This document shows, piece by piece, positions 1 through 8,827 of a stretch of 64,000 bases of DNA. The translations under genes and the position numbers were made by a program. How positions within the stretch are numbered: the stretch's first letter is position 1; every line of letters starts with the position of its first letter. The notes beneath the pieces were generated by a model. It made no database searches. It was not told the origin of the DNA and saw only the letters and a list, made by a program, of their open reading frames with translations. The stretch lies in NCBI GenBank assembly GCA_963741955.1, contig CAVUKB010000007.1, positions 832,001-896,000 on the forward strand. Reading direction: 5' to 3'. The DNA is from an uncultured Acidobacteriota bacterium (GTDB lineage Bacteria > Acidobacteriota > Thermoanaerobaculia > Gp7-AA8).

Positions 1-3000
1 AGCGGCGCGTACTCGTCGGCGTGGGCGAGCGCGATGAGCGCGGGCCCGGCGGACGAAACCGGGCAGACGGTCGCTTTCGCGATCACCGGCAATACGAATC
101 CCGCACTCTTCTCGTCGGGGCCGGCGATCGACGCCGCCGGAAATCTCACCTTCTCCACCGCGGCGAATGCGAATGGCTCCGCGACGGTCACCGTGACGCT
201 CTCGGATAACGGAGGGACTGCCAACGGTGGCGTCGATACGTCCGCCCCGGTCTCCTTCACCATCACCCTCACCCCTGTGAACGACGCACCGGTCGCGGTG
301 GCGGATGCATATGCGACGAACGAGGACACTCCTCTCAACGTCGCTGCCGCAGGTGTTCTGGCGAACGACACGGACGTCGACGGCGACCCACTGAGTGCGA
401 TCCAGGTGTCGGGCCCCGCGAACGGCTCGCTGACGTTGAATCCGGACGGATCGTTCACCTACACACCGAACGCGAACTACAATGGATCCGACTCGTTCAC
501 GTACAAGGCGAACGACGGCTCCGTCGATTCGAACGTCGTCACCGTGTCGATCACCATCAATGCCGTGAACGACCCTCCCGTCGCCGGTGATGATTCGTAC
601 ACCACGGCCGAGGACACTCCGATGGTCGTCGCCGCGCCTGGCGTTCTCGGGAACGACTCCGACGTGGAGAGTGACCCTTTGACCGCCGTGCTGGTCACCA
701 GTCCCGCGCACGGATCACTCACGCTCAACCCGGATGGCTCGTTCAGCTACACTCCGGCCCTGAACTACAACGGACCGGACAGCTTCACGTACGAAGCGAA
801 TGACGGGACGTCCAACTCGAACGTCGCGACGGTCAGCATCACCGTGACTGCGGTGAACGACGCGCCGGTGGCGGTCGATGACTCGTACAGTACCAACGAA
901 GACACTCCGCTGAACGTCCTGGCTGCTTCGGGGGTCCTGGCGAACGACACCGACGTCGATGGAGATCCGCTGACCGCGATCCTCGTCGCGGGTCCGTCGA
1001 ACGGGGGACTGACACTGAATGCGGACGGATCCTTCAGCTACACGCCGAACGCGAACTACAACGGCTCCGACTCGTTCACCTACAAGGCGAACGACGGCTC
1101 GCTCGACTCGAACGTGGCCACCGTGACCATCACGATCAACGCGGTGAACGATCCCCCGGTGGCGACCGGCGACTCGTACACCACGACCGAGGATACTCCG
1201 CTGAACGTCGTGGCTGCGACGGGCGTTCTTGCGAACGACACCGACCCCGAGAGCGATCCGCTCACTGCGGTCCTGGTGTCCGCACCATCGAACGGTACCC
1301 TGACACTCAATGCGGACGGATCGTTCACTTATACTCCGAGCGCGAACTTCAACGGTTCCGATTCATTCACCTACAAAGCGAACGACGGGACGTCCGACTC
1401 GAATGTCGCCACCGTCGCCATCAATGTGACCGCGGTCAACGACCCTCCGGTCGCGAACGGCGACTCGTTCAGTGTGAACGAGGATACCCCTCTTCCGGTG
1501 GCCGCTCCGGGTGTGTTGGCCAACGATACGGACGTCGAAAACGATCCGCTGGTGGCGGTACTCGTTTCCGGGCCGGCCAACGCGGCGTCGTTCACGTTGA
1601 ATGCCGACGGCTCGTTCAGCTATACGCCGAACCCGAATTTCAACGGAGCCGACTCGTTCACGTACAAGGCAAACGACGGGTCACTCGATTCGAACGTGGC
1701 GACGGTGACGATCACCGTCAATCCGGTCGACGACGCGCCGGTCAACAGCGTCCCCGCCGCACAGACGATGGATCAGGGGACCACGCTCACCTTCTCTACC
1801 GGAGGGGGCAACGCGATCTCGATCTCCGATGTGGATGCGGGAGTGGGAGCCATGGCGGTGACCCTCACCGCTTCCGACGGTACACTCTCGCTCTCCGGTA
1901 CGGCCGGACTGAGTTTCACCACCGGCTCGGGGACGAACGATTCCACGATGACCTTCACCGGGACCGTGGCGAACGTCAACGTCGCGCTGGAAGGGATGAC
2001 TTACACCCCCGGCGCGGCGTTCTTCGGATCGACCTCCGTCACCATCACCACCAGTGACCAGGGGAACACCGGCGCGGGCGGGCCGCTCTCGGACAGCGAC
2101 TCGGTTGCGATCACCGTCAACCAGGTGAATCAGCCACCGGTGAACTCCGTCCCTGCAGCGCAGACGATAGACGAAGACACCTCGCTCACGTTCTCGACCG
2201 CCAACTCGAACCTGATCTCCATCAGTGATCCCGACGCGGGATCGGCGAGCGTCCAGGTGACTCTCGGCGTCACGAACGGGACTCTGACTCTGAGCGGAAC
2301 GACCAACCTGACGTTCACGACCGGCACCGGTACCGCCGATGCAACGATGACGTTCACCGGCACGATCGCCGACATCAACAACGCGCTTGCGGGTCTGGTC
2401 TACTCGCCACCGGCGAACTACAACGGAACCGAGACGTTGACCATCCTCACCGACGATCTCGGGAATACCGGTCCGGGTGGAAACAAGACGGACACCGATT
2501 CGGTGACCATTACGATCAATGCAGTCGACGACGCGCCGGTGCTCACGGCACCGGGCTCCGTCACGATCGACGAAGACAACACGCAGACGTTCTCCGGCAC
2601 CATCTCTGTGGCGGACGTCGACGCAGGATCGAATCCGATCGCCGTGTCGCTCTCGGTCAGTCACGGTAACATCGCACTTGCAAGCCTGGTGGGCCTGAGC
2701 ATCACCAGCGGCGCCGACGGAACGTCGGCCGTGGCGTTTACAGGCACACTCACGGACGTCAATAGTGCGCTCAACGGCCTGGTGTACACGCCTGCTGCGA
2801 ACTACAACGGAAGCGACGCTCTTGCGGCCAGTGTGAATGACCAGGGCTACACCGGCTCGGGCGGACCACTCGCCGACAACAGTTCGGTCGCGATCACGAT
2901 CAATGCAGTGAACGATCCGCCGACCGCAACGGCCGCAGGTCCTTACGGCGCCTACCCGGCGATCCCGATCTCATTTGCCGCGGGAACCCTCGGCGGAACG

Positions 3001-5691
3001 GACGTGGACGCGGGAACCACGGTCACCATCGACACGGCGCCTGTGGCCACGACGAACGGCTTCGTCACTCTGAATACCGATGGGAGTTTCACGTTCACAC
3101 CTTCTCACGGGGCCGCTGGTGGAACGGCGTCGTTCCAGTACCGCGTATGTGATGACGGAAGCCCTGCACCCGGACTCTGCAGCAGCGCCGTCACCGTCAC
3201 TTTCAACGTGAGCTCGACCGACGTCTACTTCGTGAAGGCGGCGGGAAGCGGCACGGGGTGCGCGCTCGGGTCCGAATGCACGCTCGCCACGGCGCTCACT
3301 CAGATCGGCGCAGCGACCGGAAAGTCGATCTTCATCGGTGATGCCGCGAACCACAGTACGGCAGTCACTCTCAACACCGGCGGGGCGCTCGTGGGAGAGG
3401 GTGCGACCGCATCGTTCGACACCATCTTCGGAATCAACAGCGGCATCGGTTCTCCGGGAGTCCTGGCGACGCGGCCGGCCACGAACACGACCGCGCCGAC
3501 GATTCAGCAGACGGTGACGCTCGCGGCGAGCTCCCTTCTGCGAGGGGTGACCGTTTCGACGAGCGGCGCGACTGCGGTCTCGGGTGGCGCGATCGCAGGC
3601 CCGGCGGTCAGTGAAGTCACCGCCAACGCGACGACGGCACCGGCCGTCGTGCTGAACGGATCGACGGCCGTCAATATGAGCTTCTCGGGGATCTCGAGCT
3701 CGTCCAGCGGCAGCAGCGGAGTTTCGCTCACCAACGTCACCGGCAACTTTATCGCTCTCGGCGGGACGCTCTCGAACGCGACCGCGGCCGACTTCCTGGT
3801 CAGCGGCGGAACGGCGAACGTGACGTATGCCGGCTCGATCAGCGACGCGACCGGAACGGCGGTGAGCGTGGCGAACGCAACTGGCGGAACGAAGACTTTC
3901 AGCGGCGCAATCGGCAGCGGCTCCGTGTCGCTCACCTCCAATACAGGAGCGACGATCAGCTTCACCGGCGCACTTACGCTGAGTACCAGCATGGCCACTG
4001 CGTTCACTGCGACAGGTGGTGGAATTGTCACCGCGACCAACACCGCCAGCACGATCACGACGACCAGTGGCACCGCAGTGAACGTCAGCAACACCACGAT
4101 CGGTGGCGGAGGCCTCACCTTCCAAAGGATCGATCACAGTGGGAACAACACCACGATTGCACTGACGAATACTGGATCGGGTCCTTTCACCGTCTCCGGT
4201 AGCGGAACGACAGCGGGGAGCGGCGGCACGATTCAGAACACGGTCGGCGCGGATGCAGTGACATTGAACAACACCGGTGGCGTCGTGACGCTGAAGTACA
4301 TGACCATCCAGGACATCACGGCGGCGACCGACGCCGTCGACGGCGAGGACACGCACAGCAACGTCGACGCGATCCAGGGCCAGAACGTCAACGGAGGCCT
4401 GACGCTCGACAACGTCACGATCCAGCGGATCAGCGACAACGGCGTCAACGGCTCCATCGACGGAGCGCCGCCGAGCTCCACCACCTGGAACGGTCTCACG
4501 CTATCGAACTGTACGTTCACGAACACGAACCGGTTCAACACCAGCCATGCCGACGCGAACAACGAAGGGGCGGTGTACATCCAGGGGATCAAGGGAATCG
4601 TCTCGGTGACCGGAAGCAGCTTCTCGAACGCGGGCAACGGTCTGATCCTGAGAACCGCCAGCACCGGGACGCTGGACATGACGGTACGGAGCAACAGTTT
4701 CACCACTCTGTACAAGGAGATCGGCACGCTCAGTGTGGGTAACTTCGGCATCGACGTGATTCAGGAGGGCTCGCTCTCGTCGACGATCCGCATCGGCGAT
4801 ACGGCGACCGAGTCGAACGCAGCGCTCGGAAACGTTTTCACCAACGGCGGCGACCGAGCGTCGATCCGCATCATCTCCGATACCGGGTCGACCGGAGCGA
4901 TGAAGTCGTCGGTCGCGAAGAACACGTTCACGATCACGGATCACACCTCGCCAGGCACCTCGCCCGGCAGCTTTGTTTTCAACTTCCCGCAGGGCGGCGT
5001 CCTGTTGCGGGCGCTGGGCAGCGGCAACTACGAGGCGATCTTCGCGAGCAATGTTCTCGATCAGGTGATGCATGCCGACGGCGGGCTGGGCCAGCTCACA
5101 ATGTTGGCCGAGAAAGGCGACTCCGAGTTCATCGTTCGCAATAACACGTTCCGGCTCCCGTGGGATGCTCCGGTCGAGCTTCGAGCCGACGGTGCTGCCG
5201 GTGGTCAGAACAGCGCGAAAGTACTCTTCACCAACAACACGTACGTGGACGGGACGGTGGGAAGCGCATCCGACGATCTCGGCGCACCGTTCCCATCGCC
5301 GTACACGCCTTCTTACACGCAGGTGCGAAACAACGGTCGTCTCGATCTCACGGTGCAGAACGACGGCCCGTTCGGCTTAAACGATCCCTCCTCCGGATTC
5401 GCGAATTCGTTCCACGCGCAGACAACCAGCTCAGGCGACGTCTTGAATCTGTTCCTGCTGAACACGGCGTCACCGCTCGGGTACCAGCTGAAGGCAGCGA
5501 CCGCTACGACTTACAACCTGTTCCGCAACGGCTCGGGCTCGGGAACCGCGCAGGGCGTTCTTCAGGACAATAACAATACCGGAGGCGGGGGAGCCGACGG
5601 CACCACGCCACCGGTCGCGAATCTGTCCGGTGCTGGAACGGTGACGCTGTCCGGAGTTCCACCACCACTGCCGAACATCACTCAGCCTTGA
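1..5691 (+). CDS. Giant surface adhesin (5'-truncated by window edge): tandem Big_9/cadherin-like Ig repeats plus C-terminal beta-rich, probably beta-helical, region
   Basis: Frame is open from base 1. Repeated VNDAPVA..D.Y.T.EDTPL...GVLAND.D..GSF.YTP..NYNG.DSFTY.ANDG units, then longer VDDAPVNSVP-type units, then Thr/Ser/Gly/Asn-rich beta-strand repeats. Stop TGA at 5689-5691. Confidence 0.9.
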   Translation, partial: SGAYSSAWASAMSAGPADETGQTVAFAITGNTNPALFSSGPAIDAAGNLTFSTAANANGSATVTVTLSDNGGTANGGVDTSAPVSFTITLTPVNDAPVAVADAYATNEDTPLNVAAAGVLANDTDVDGDPLSAIQVSGPANGSLTLNPDGSFTYTPNANYNGSDSFTYKANDGSVDSNVVTVSITINAVNDPPVAGDDSYTTAEDTPMVVAAPGVLGNDSDVESDPLTAVLVTSPAHGSLTLNPDGSFSYTPALNYNGPDSFTYEANDGTSNSNVATVSITVTAVNDAPVAVDDSYSTNEDTPLNVLAASGVLANDTDVDGDPLTAILVAGPSNGGLTLNADGSFSYTPNANYNGSDSFTYKANDGSLDSNVATVTITINAVNDPPVATGDSYTTTEDTPLNVVAATGVLANDTDPESDPLTAVLVSAPSNGTLTLNADGSFTYTPSANFNGSDSFTYKANDGTSDSNVATVAINVTAVNDPPVANGDSFSVNEDTPLPVAAPGVLANDTDVENDPLVAVLVSGPANAASFTLNADGSFSYTPNPNFNGADSFTYKANDGSLDSNVATVTITVNPVDDAPVNSVPAAQTMDQGTTLTFSTGGGNAISISDVDAGVGAMAVTLTASDGTLSLSGTAGLSFTTGSGTNDSTMTFTGTVANVNVALEGMTYTPGAAFFGSTSVTITTSDQGNTGAGGPLSDSDSVAITVNQVNQPPVNSVPAAQTIDEDTSLTFSTANSNLISISDPDAGSASVQVTLGVTNGTLTLSGTTNLTFTTGTGTADATMTFTGTIADINNALAGLVYSPPANYNGTETLTILTDDLGNTGPGGNKTDTDSVTITINAVDDAPVLTAPGSVTIDEDNTQTFSGTISVADVDAGSNPIAVSLSVSHGNIALASLVGLSITSGADGTSAVAFTGTLTDVNSALNGLVYTPAANYNGSDALAASVNDQGYTGSGGPLADNSSVAITINAVNDPPTATAAGPYGAYPAIPISFAAGTLGGTDVDAGTTVTIDTAPVATTNGFVTLNTDGSFTFTPSHGAAGGTASFQYRVCDDGSPAPGLCSSAVTVTFNVSSTDVYFVKAAGSGTGCALGSECTLATALTQIGAATGKSIFIGDAANHSTAVTLNTGGALVGEGATASFDTIFGINSGIGSPGVLATRPATNTTAPTIQQTVTLAASSLLRGVTVSTSGATAVSGGAIAGPAVSEVTANATTAPAVVLNGSTAVNMSFSGISSSSSGSSGVSLTNVTGNFIALGGTLSNATAADFLVSGGTANVTYAGSISDATGTAVSVANATGGTKTFSGAIGSGSVSLTSNTGATISFTGALTLSTSMATAFTATGGGIVTATNTASTITTTSGTAVNVSNTTIGGGGLTFQRIDHSGNNTTIALTNTGSGPFTVSGSGTTAGSGGTIQNTVGADAVTLNNTGGVVTLKYMTIQDITAATDAVDGEDTHSNVDAIQGQNVNGGLTLDNVTIQRISDNGVNGSIDGAPPSSTTWNGLTLSNCTFTNTNRFNTSHADANNEGAVYIQGIKGIVSVTGSSFSNAGNGLILRTASTGTLDMTVRSNSFTTLYKEIGTLSVGNFGIDVIQEGSLSSTIRIGDTATESNAALGNVFTNGGDRASIRIISDTGSTGAMKSSVAKNTFTITDHTSPGTSPGSFVFNFPQGGVLLRALGSGNYEAIFASNVLDQVMHADGGLGQLTMLAEKGDSEFIVRNNTFRLPWDAPVELRADGAAGGQNSAKVLFTNNTYVDGTVGSASDDLGAPFPSPYTPSYTQVRNNGRLDLTVQNDGPFGLNDPSSGFANSFHAQTTSSGDVLNLFLLNTASPLGYQLKAATATTYNLFRNGSGSGTAQGVLQDNNNTGGGGADGTTPPVANLSGAGTVTLSGVPPPLPNITQP
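277..1725 (+). repeat. Five intragenic tandem Big_9 (tandem-95-type) repeats of about 290 bp
   Basis: Units begin VNDAP / VNDPP / VNDAP / VNDPP / VNDPP, with clear nucleotide-level similarity. Confidence 0.85.
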
Positions 5692-5754
5692 CGGGGCGTC
5701 ACCCAGCTGGAGGAGCTCTTGGAAATACACAGTGGACTGAGGAGGAGGTATTAA

Positions 5755-6264
5755 ATGGCAGAACCTTTCCTGAGCGAGATCAGGCTCTTTACCTTTACAT
5801 TCGCGCCGAAAGGATGGGCGCTTTGCGACGGCCAACTGCTGCCGATCAATCAGAATCAGGCGCTCTTCTCATTGCTCGGCACGACGTATGGCGGGAACGG
5901 ACAGACGAATTTCGCACTGCCCGATCTCCGCGGGCGAGTTCCGATCCACACGGGCAGCGGGTTTACACTCGGTGAGCGTGGCGGGGAACAGGCCCACACT
6001 CTGTCGATCTCCGAGCTTCCGACGCACACGCACGTCGCTTCAGGCGTCAATGCGACGGCCACTTCGGCCTCTCCGGCGGGCGCATTCTTCGCGACCTCGC
6101 CGACCGCCCTCGGCTCGGTGTACGGACCTCCCTCCAATTTGGTCGCGACGAATGCCGCGTCAGTCGCGAACGCAGGAGGGTCTCAGGCTCATCTCAACAT
6201 GCAGCCGTACCTGACGTTGTCGTTCGGGATTGCATTGCAGGGGATCTTCCCGAGCCCGAACTAG
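5755..6264 (+). CDS. Phage tail-collar domain protein (MdpB/COG4675-like), paralog 1
   Basis: EPFLSEIRLF..FAPKGWALCDGQLLPI.QNQALFSLLGTTYGG.G..FALPDLRGR, HTH motif, C-terminal HLNMQPYL..F.IALQGIFP. RBS GAGGAGG. Confidence 0.92.
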   Translation: MAEPFLSEIRLFTFTFAPKGWALCDGQLLPINQNQALFSLLGTTYGGNGQTNFALPDLRGRVPIHTGSGFTLGERGGEQAHTLSISELPTHTHVASGVNATATSASPAGAFFATSPTALGSVYGPPSNLVATNAASVANAGGSQAHLNMQPYLTLSFGIALQGIFPSPN

Positions 6265-6279
6265 GAGAAGGAGCAGAAG

Positions 6280-6780
6280 ATGGCACAACCCTATATTGGA
6301 GAGATCCGGATGTTTGCGGGGAACTTCGCTCCGGCCGGATGGATGTTTTGCTCAGGGCAACTCCTCCCGATCAGCGAATACGATGCCCTTTTCAACCTGA
6401 TCGGAACGACCTACGGAGGCGACGGCCAGAGCACGTTCGCGCTCCCCGACCTGCGCGGGCGGATACCGATCCACCAGGGAAACGGGTTCATCATGGGCGA
6501 GACCGGTGGAGCCGAGGAGGTCACGTTGACGGTGCCCCAGATTTCAGCGCATTCGCACCCGTTCCTTGCGGCGAATGCGACGGCCGCGAGCTCGAATCCG
6601 GCCGCGGCTCTCCTGGCAGAGCCGACGGCGAGCATCTACAACGCCGGAACGAATCCAGTCGGCATGTCGCCGCAGGTCGTGAGCTCGACCGGCGGTTCGC
6701 AGCCACACAACAATTTCCAGCCGTATCTCTGCGTGGATTTCATCATCTCCCTCTTCGGGATCTACCCGAGTCCGACCTAG
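6280..6780 (+). CDS. Phage tail-collar domain protein (MdpB-like), paralog 2
   Basis: QPYIGEIRMFAGNFAPAGW..C.GQLLPI..ALF.LIGTTYGGDG.STFALPDLRGR, HSH motif, HNNFQPYL..FIISLFGIYP. Confidence 0.92.
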   Translation: MAQPYIGEIRMFAGNFAPAGWMFCSGQLLPISEYDALFNLIGTTYGGDGQSTFALPDLRGRIPIHQGNGFIMGETGGAEEVTLTVPQISAHSHPFLAANATAASSNPAAALLAEPTASIYNAGTNPVGMSPQVVSSTGGSQPHNNFQPYLCVDFIISLFGIYPSPT

Positions 6781-6833
6781 GACTTCCGTCCCGCTGGCGA
6801 TGACGAGAATGCGCACTGTGCATGAGGAGGTGA

Positions 6834-7364
6834 ATGATGGCTGATCCATTCGTTGCAGAGATCAGGATATTTCCGTTCAACTTCGCCCCGAAGGGATGGG
6901 CGTGGTGTAGCGGGCAGCTCTTGCCCATTTCACAAAACACGGCGTTGTTCTCTCTTCTGGGAACGACGTATGGCGGCGACGGAAAATCCACCTTCGCGTT
7001 GCCGGATCTTCAGGGACGGGCGCCCATGCATCCGGGACAAGGTCCCGGCCTGTCGCTGCACGATCTCGGAGAAGAGGGGGGATCGCAGACGGTCTCTCTT
7101 CTCGAATCGGAGATTCCATCGCACTCGCACACGATGCAGGGATCGAGCGACACGGCCGACCAGAATCTCCCTTCCGGAAATATGGCGGCCATACCCCTCG
7201 GCCGCGGCAACAACCTGTACACGGCGACGAACACGCCCCGCGTGGCGATGAACGACAATGCGATTTCGCCCGCCGGTGGGAACCAGCCGCACAACAACAT
7301 GCAGCCGTTTCTGACGTTGTACTTCTGCATCGCGCTGCAGGGTGTCTTTCCGCCGCGGAGCTGA
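6834..7364 (+). CDS. Phage tail-collar domain protein (MdpB-like), paralog 3
   Basis: DPFVAEIRIFPFNFAPKGWAWC.GQLLPISQNTALFSLLGTTYGGDG, HSH motif, HNNMQPFL..FCIALQGVFP. RBS GAGGAGG. Start is 6834 or 6837. Confidence 0.92.
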   Translation: MMADPFVAEIRIFPFNFAPKGWAWCSGQLLPISQNTALFSLLGTTYGGDGKSTFALPDLQGRAPMHPGQGPGLSLHDLGEEGGSQTVSLLESEIPSHSHTMQGSSDTADQNLPSGNMAAIPLGRGNNLYTATNTPRVAMNDNAISPAGGNQPHNNMQPFLTLYFCIALQGVFPPRS

Positions 7365-7367
7365 TCG

Positions 7368-8075
7368 ATGGATTCGACGGACTACTTTCATTCGGAGGCC
7401 CCGGCCGGGAGGTCGGGGCCGTGGTTGATCGAAAAGATCACCATTCCGGATCGCGAATACGACGCAGCTGCCGACCCGCGGCCGGACTGCTTCAAGTTCC
7501 GCCCGGGGCGGTACACCGTTCTTCGTCGCGAATCCGAACAGTTCATGACCGATCTCTATGATGAGTGGTGGACGCAACGGCCGGGAATCGCCGAGGCGGT
7601 CGCACGAGGGGGGGACGTCCTGGTCACCGGACTGGGGCTGGGCCTGGTCGCCGAAGCGATGTTGCGCCCGAGTGAAAGTCGCGTGAAGAGCATCACGATC
7701 GTGGAGCTCTCACCGGACGTCATCCGTCTCGTCGGACCTTATCTGCTCTCGCGCCATCCCGGCCGGATCGACCTGGTCGAGGCGAGCGCCTTTGCGTGGG
7801 AGCCGCCTGATCGCGCACATTTCTCCGTCGCCTGGCACGACATCTGGCCGAATCCGTACGCGCCGGAAGTGACCGCGGAGATGCGGCGTCTCCAGGAGCG
7901 ATACGGTGATTGGTGCGACTGGCAGGGATTCTGGCCCCGAACCTATTTCGAAGCCGCGGTCAGTAAGCGCCGTCCGTTCGAGACCGTTGCGTCAGGCCTC
8001 GAGCCGGTACAAGCTTCACAGAAGCATGCAGCGGAATCTGACGTTCCACGACAGCATTTCGACCGAAGGAGTTGA
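7368..8075 (+). CDS. Class I SAM-binding protein, spermidine-synthase-like/methyltransferase fold
   Basis: DVLVTGLGLG motif I, ITIVELSPDVI acidic motif II, and WHDIW. Confidence 0.75.
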   Translation: MDSTDYFHSEAPAGRSGPWLIEKITIPDREYDAAADPRPDCFKFRPGRYTVLRRESEQFMTDLYDEWWTQRPGIAEAVARGGDVLVTGLGLGLVAEAMLRPSESRVKSITIVELSPDVIRLVGPYLLSRHPGRIDLVEASAFAWEPPDRAHFSVAWHDIWPNPYAPEVTAEMRRLQERYGDWCDWQGFWPRTYFEAAVSKRRPFETVASGLEPVQASQKHAAESDVPRQHFDRRS

Positions 8076-8113
8076 TCCGGCCCGCCACTGACGCGCCGGA
8101 GGAAGAGCACATC

Positions 8114-8827
8114 ATGTTCGAGATCGATCGCAGACGCTTCGTCATCCTCGGGACCGCCGCCACGGCGGGTCTCGCTCTCCGCTCCAATCTGTTCGCAGAG
8201 AGCTGGCAGAATCCATCGTTCGTTTCAGTCGGATACTGCAGCACCGTCCGACGGGTCCGTACCCGGCGGGCGCCGGGTCCGCGCTTCTTCGAATCCGCCA
8301 CCGGAGTTCCCGGTGGTGATCCGGCATTCTTCCGAGACGGAGCTCGTTTCCGCATCCACGACTTCTGCCGTGCATCCGCGCCCGCTACACCGGAGCGGAT
8401 CGACGTCGACGTTCTTTTCCCGGCCGAAGGTCTCGAGCAGAAAGTCTCGTTTCTCGCGTGGCAGAGTCGCTCGAATGGCGGATCGGAGGGGACAGCGAAT
8501 CCTCTCGCATTCCGGATTCCGGTTCAGTCGACTGGTACGACGGATGTGGTGATGCGCCGCCGGATCGGCGAGATCGACGAGAATGTGACCATACCGTTCA
8601 GCGTCAACGACGGAGCCGCCGCCATCAAACTGAACCACGGTATCTACGCGATTGCACTCCTTCGCGAAGGCGACTCCGCGCCGCGGTGGGGCTCCGTGCA
8701 GGCCGAAGGGGTGAACCCTGCGGAGGACCGGATGTCGATCCGTCTGGTGCGCGATTCTCTCGACGGGCCGGTCCCCGTCACTTTCGACTATCTCCTTCTT
8801 TCCGTATCCTATCCGGAGAATGACTGA
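8114..8827 (+). CDS. Hypothetical exported protein with twin-arginine-like signal
   Basis: MFEIDRRRFVILGTAATAGLALRS after RBS GGAGGAAG. The 3' end overlaps the next start. Confidence 0.6.
   Translation: MFEIDRRRFVILGTAATAGLALRSNLFAESWQNPSFVSVGYCSTVRRVRTRRAPGPRFFESATGVPGGDPAFFRDGARFRIHDFCRASAPATPERIDVDVLFPAEGLEQKVSFLAWQSRSNGGSEGTANPLAFRIPVQSTGTTDVVMRRRIGEIDENVTIPFSVNDGAAAIKLNHGIYAIALLREGDSAPRWGSVQAEGVNPAEDRMSIRLVRDSLDGPVPVTFDYLLLSVSYPEND

Noticed and set aside
1681-5073. Long minus-strand ORFs opposite the adhesin (327, 461, 204, 190 aa)
   Set aside because: They are Arg-rich or mirror-image shadow frames typical of high-GC coding DNA and show no motifs.
5755-7364. Prophage, tailocin or eCIS suggested by tail-collar genes
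   Set aside because: No sheath, tube, baseplate, capsid, terminase, lysis or integrase genes are present, and the neighbours are an adhesin and enzymes.
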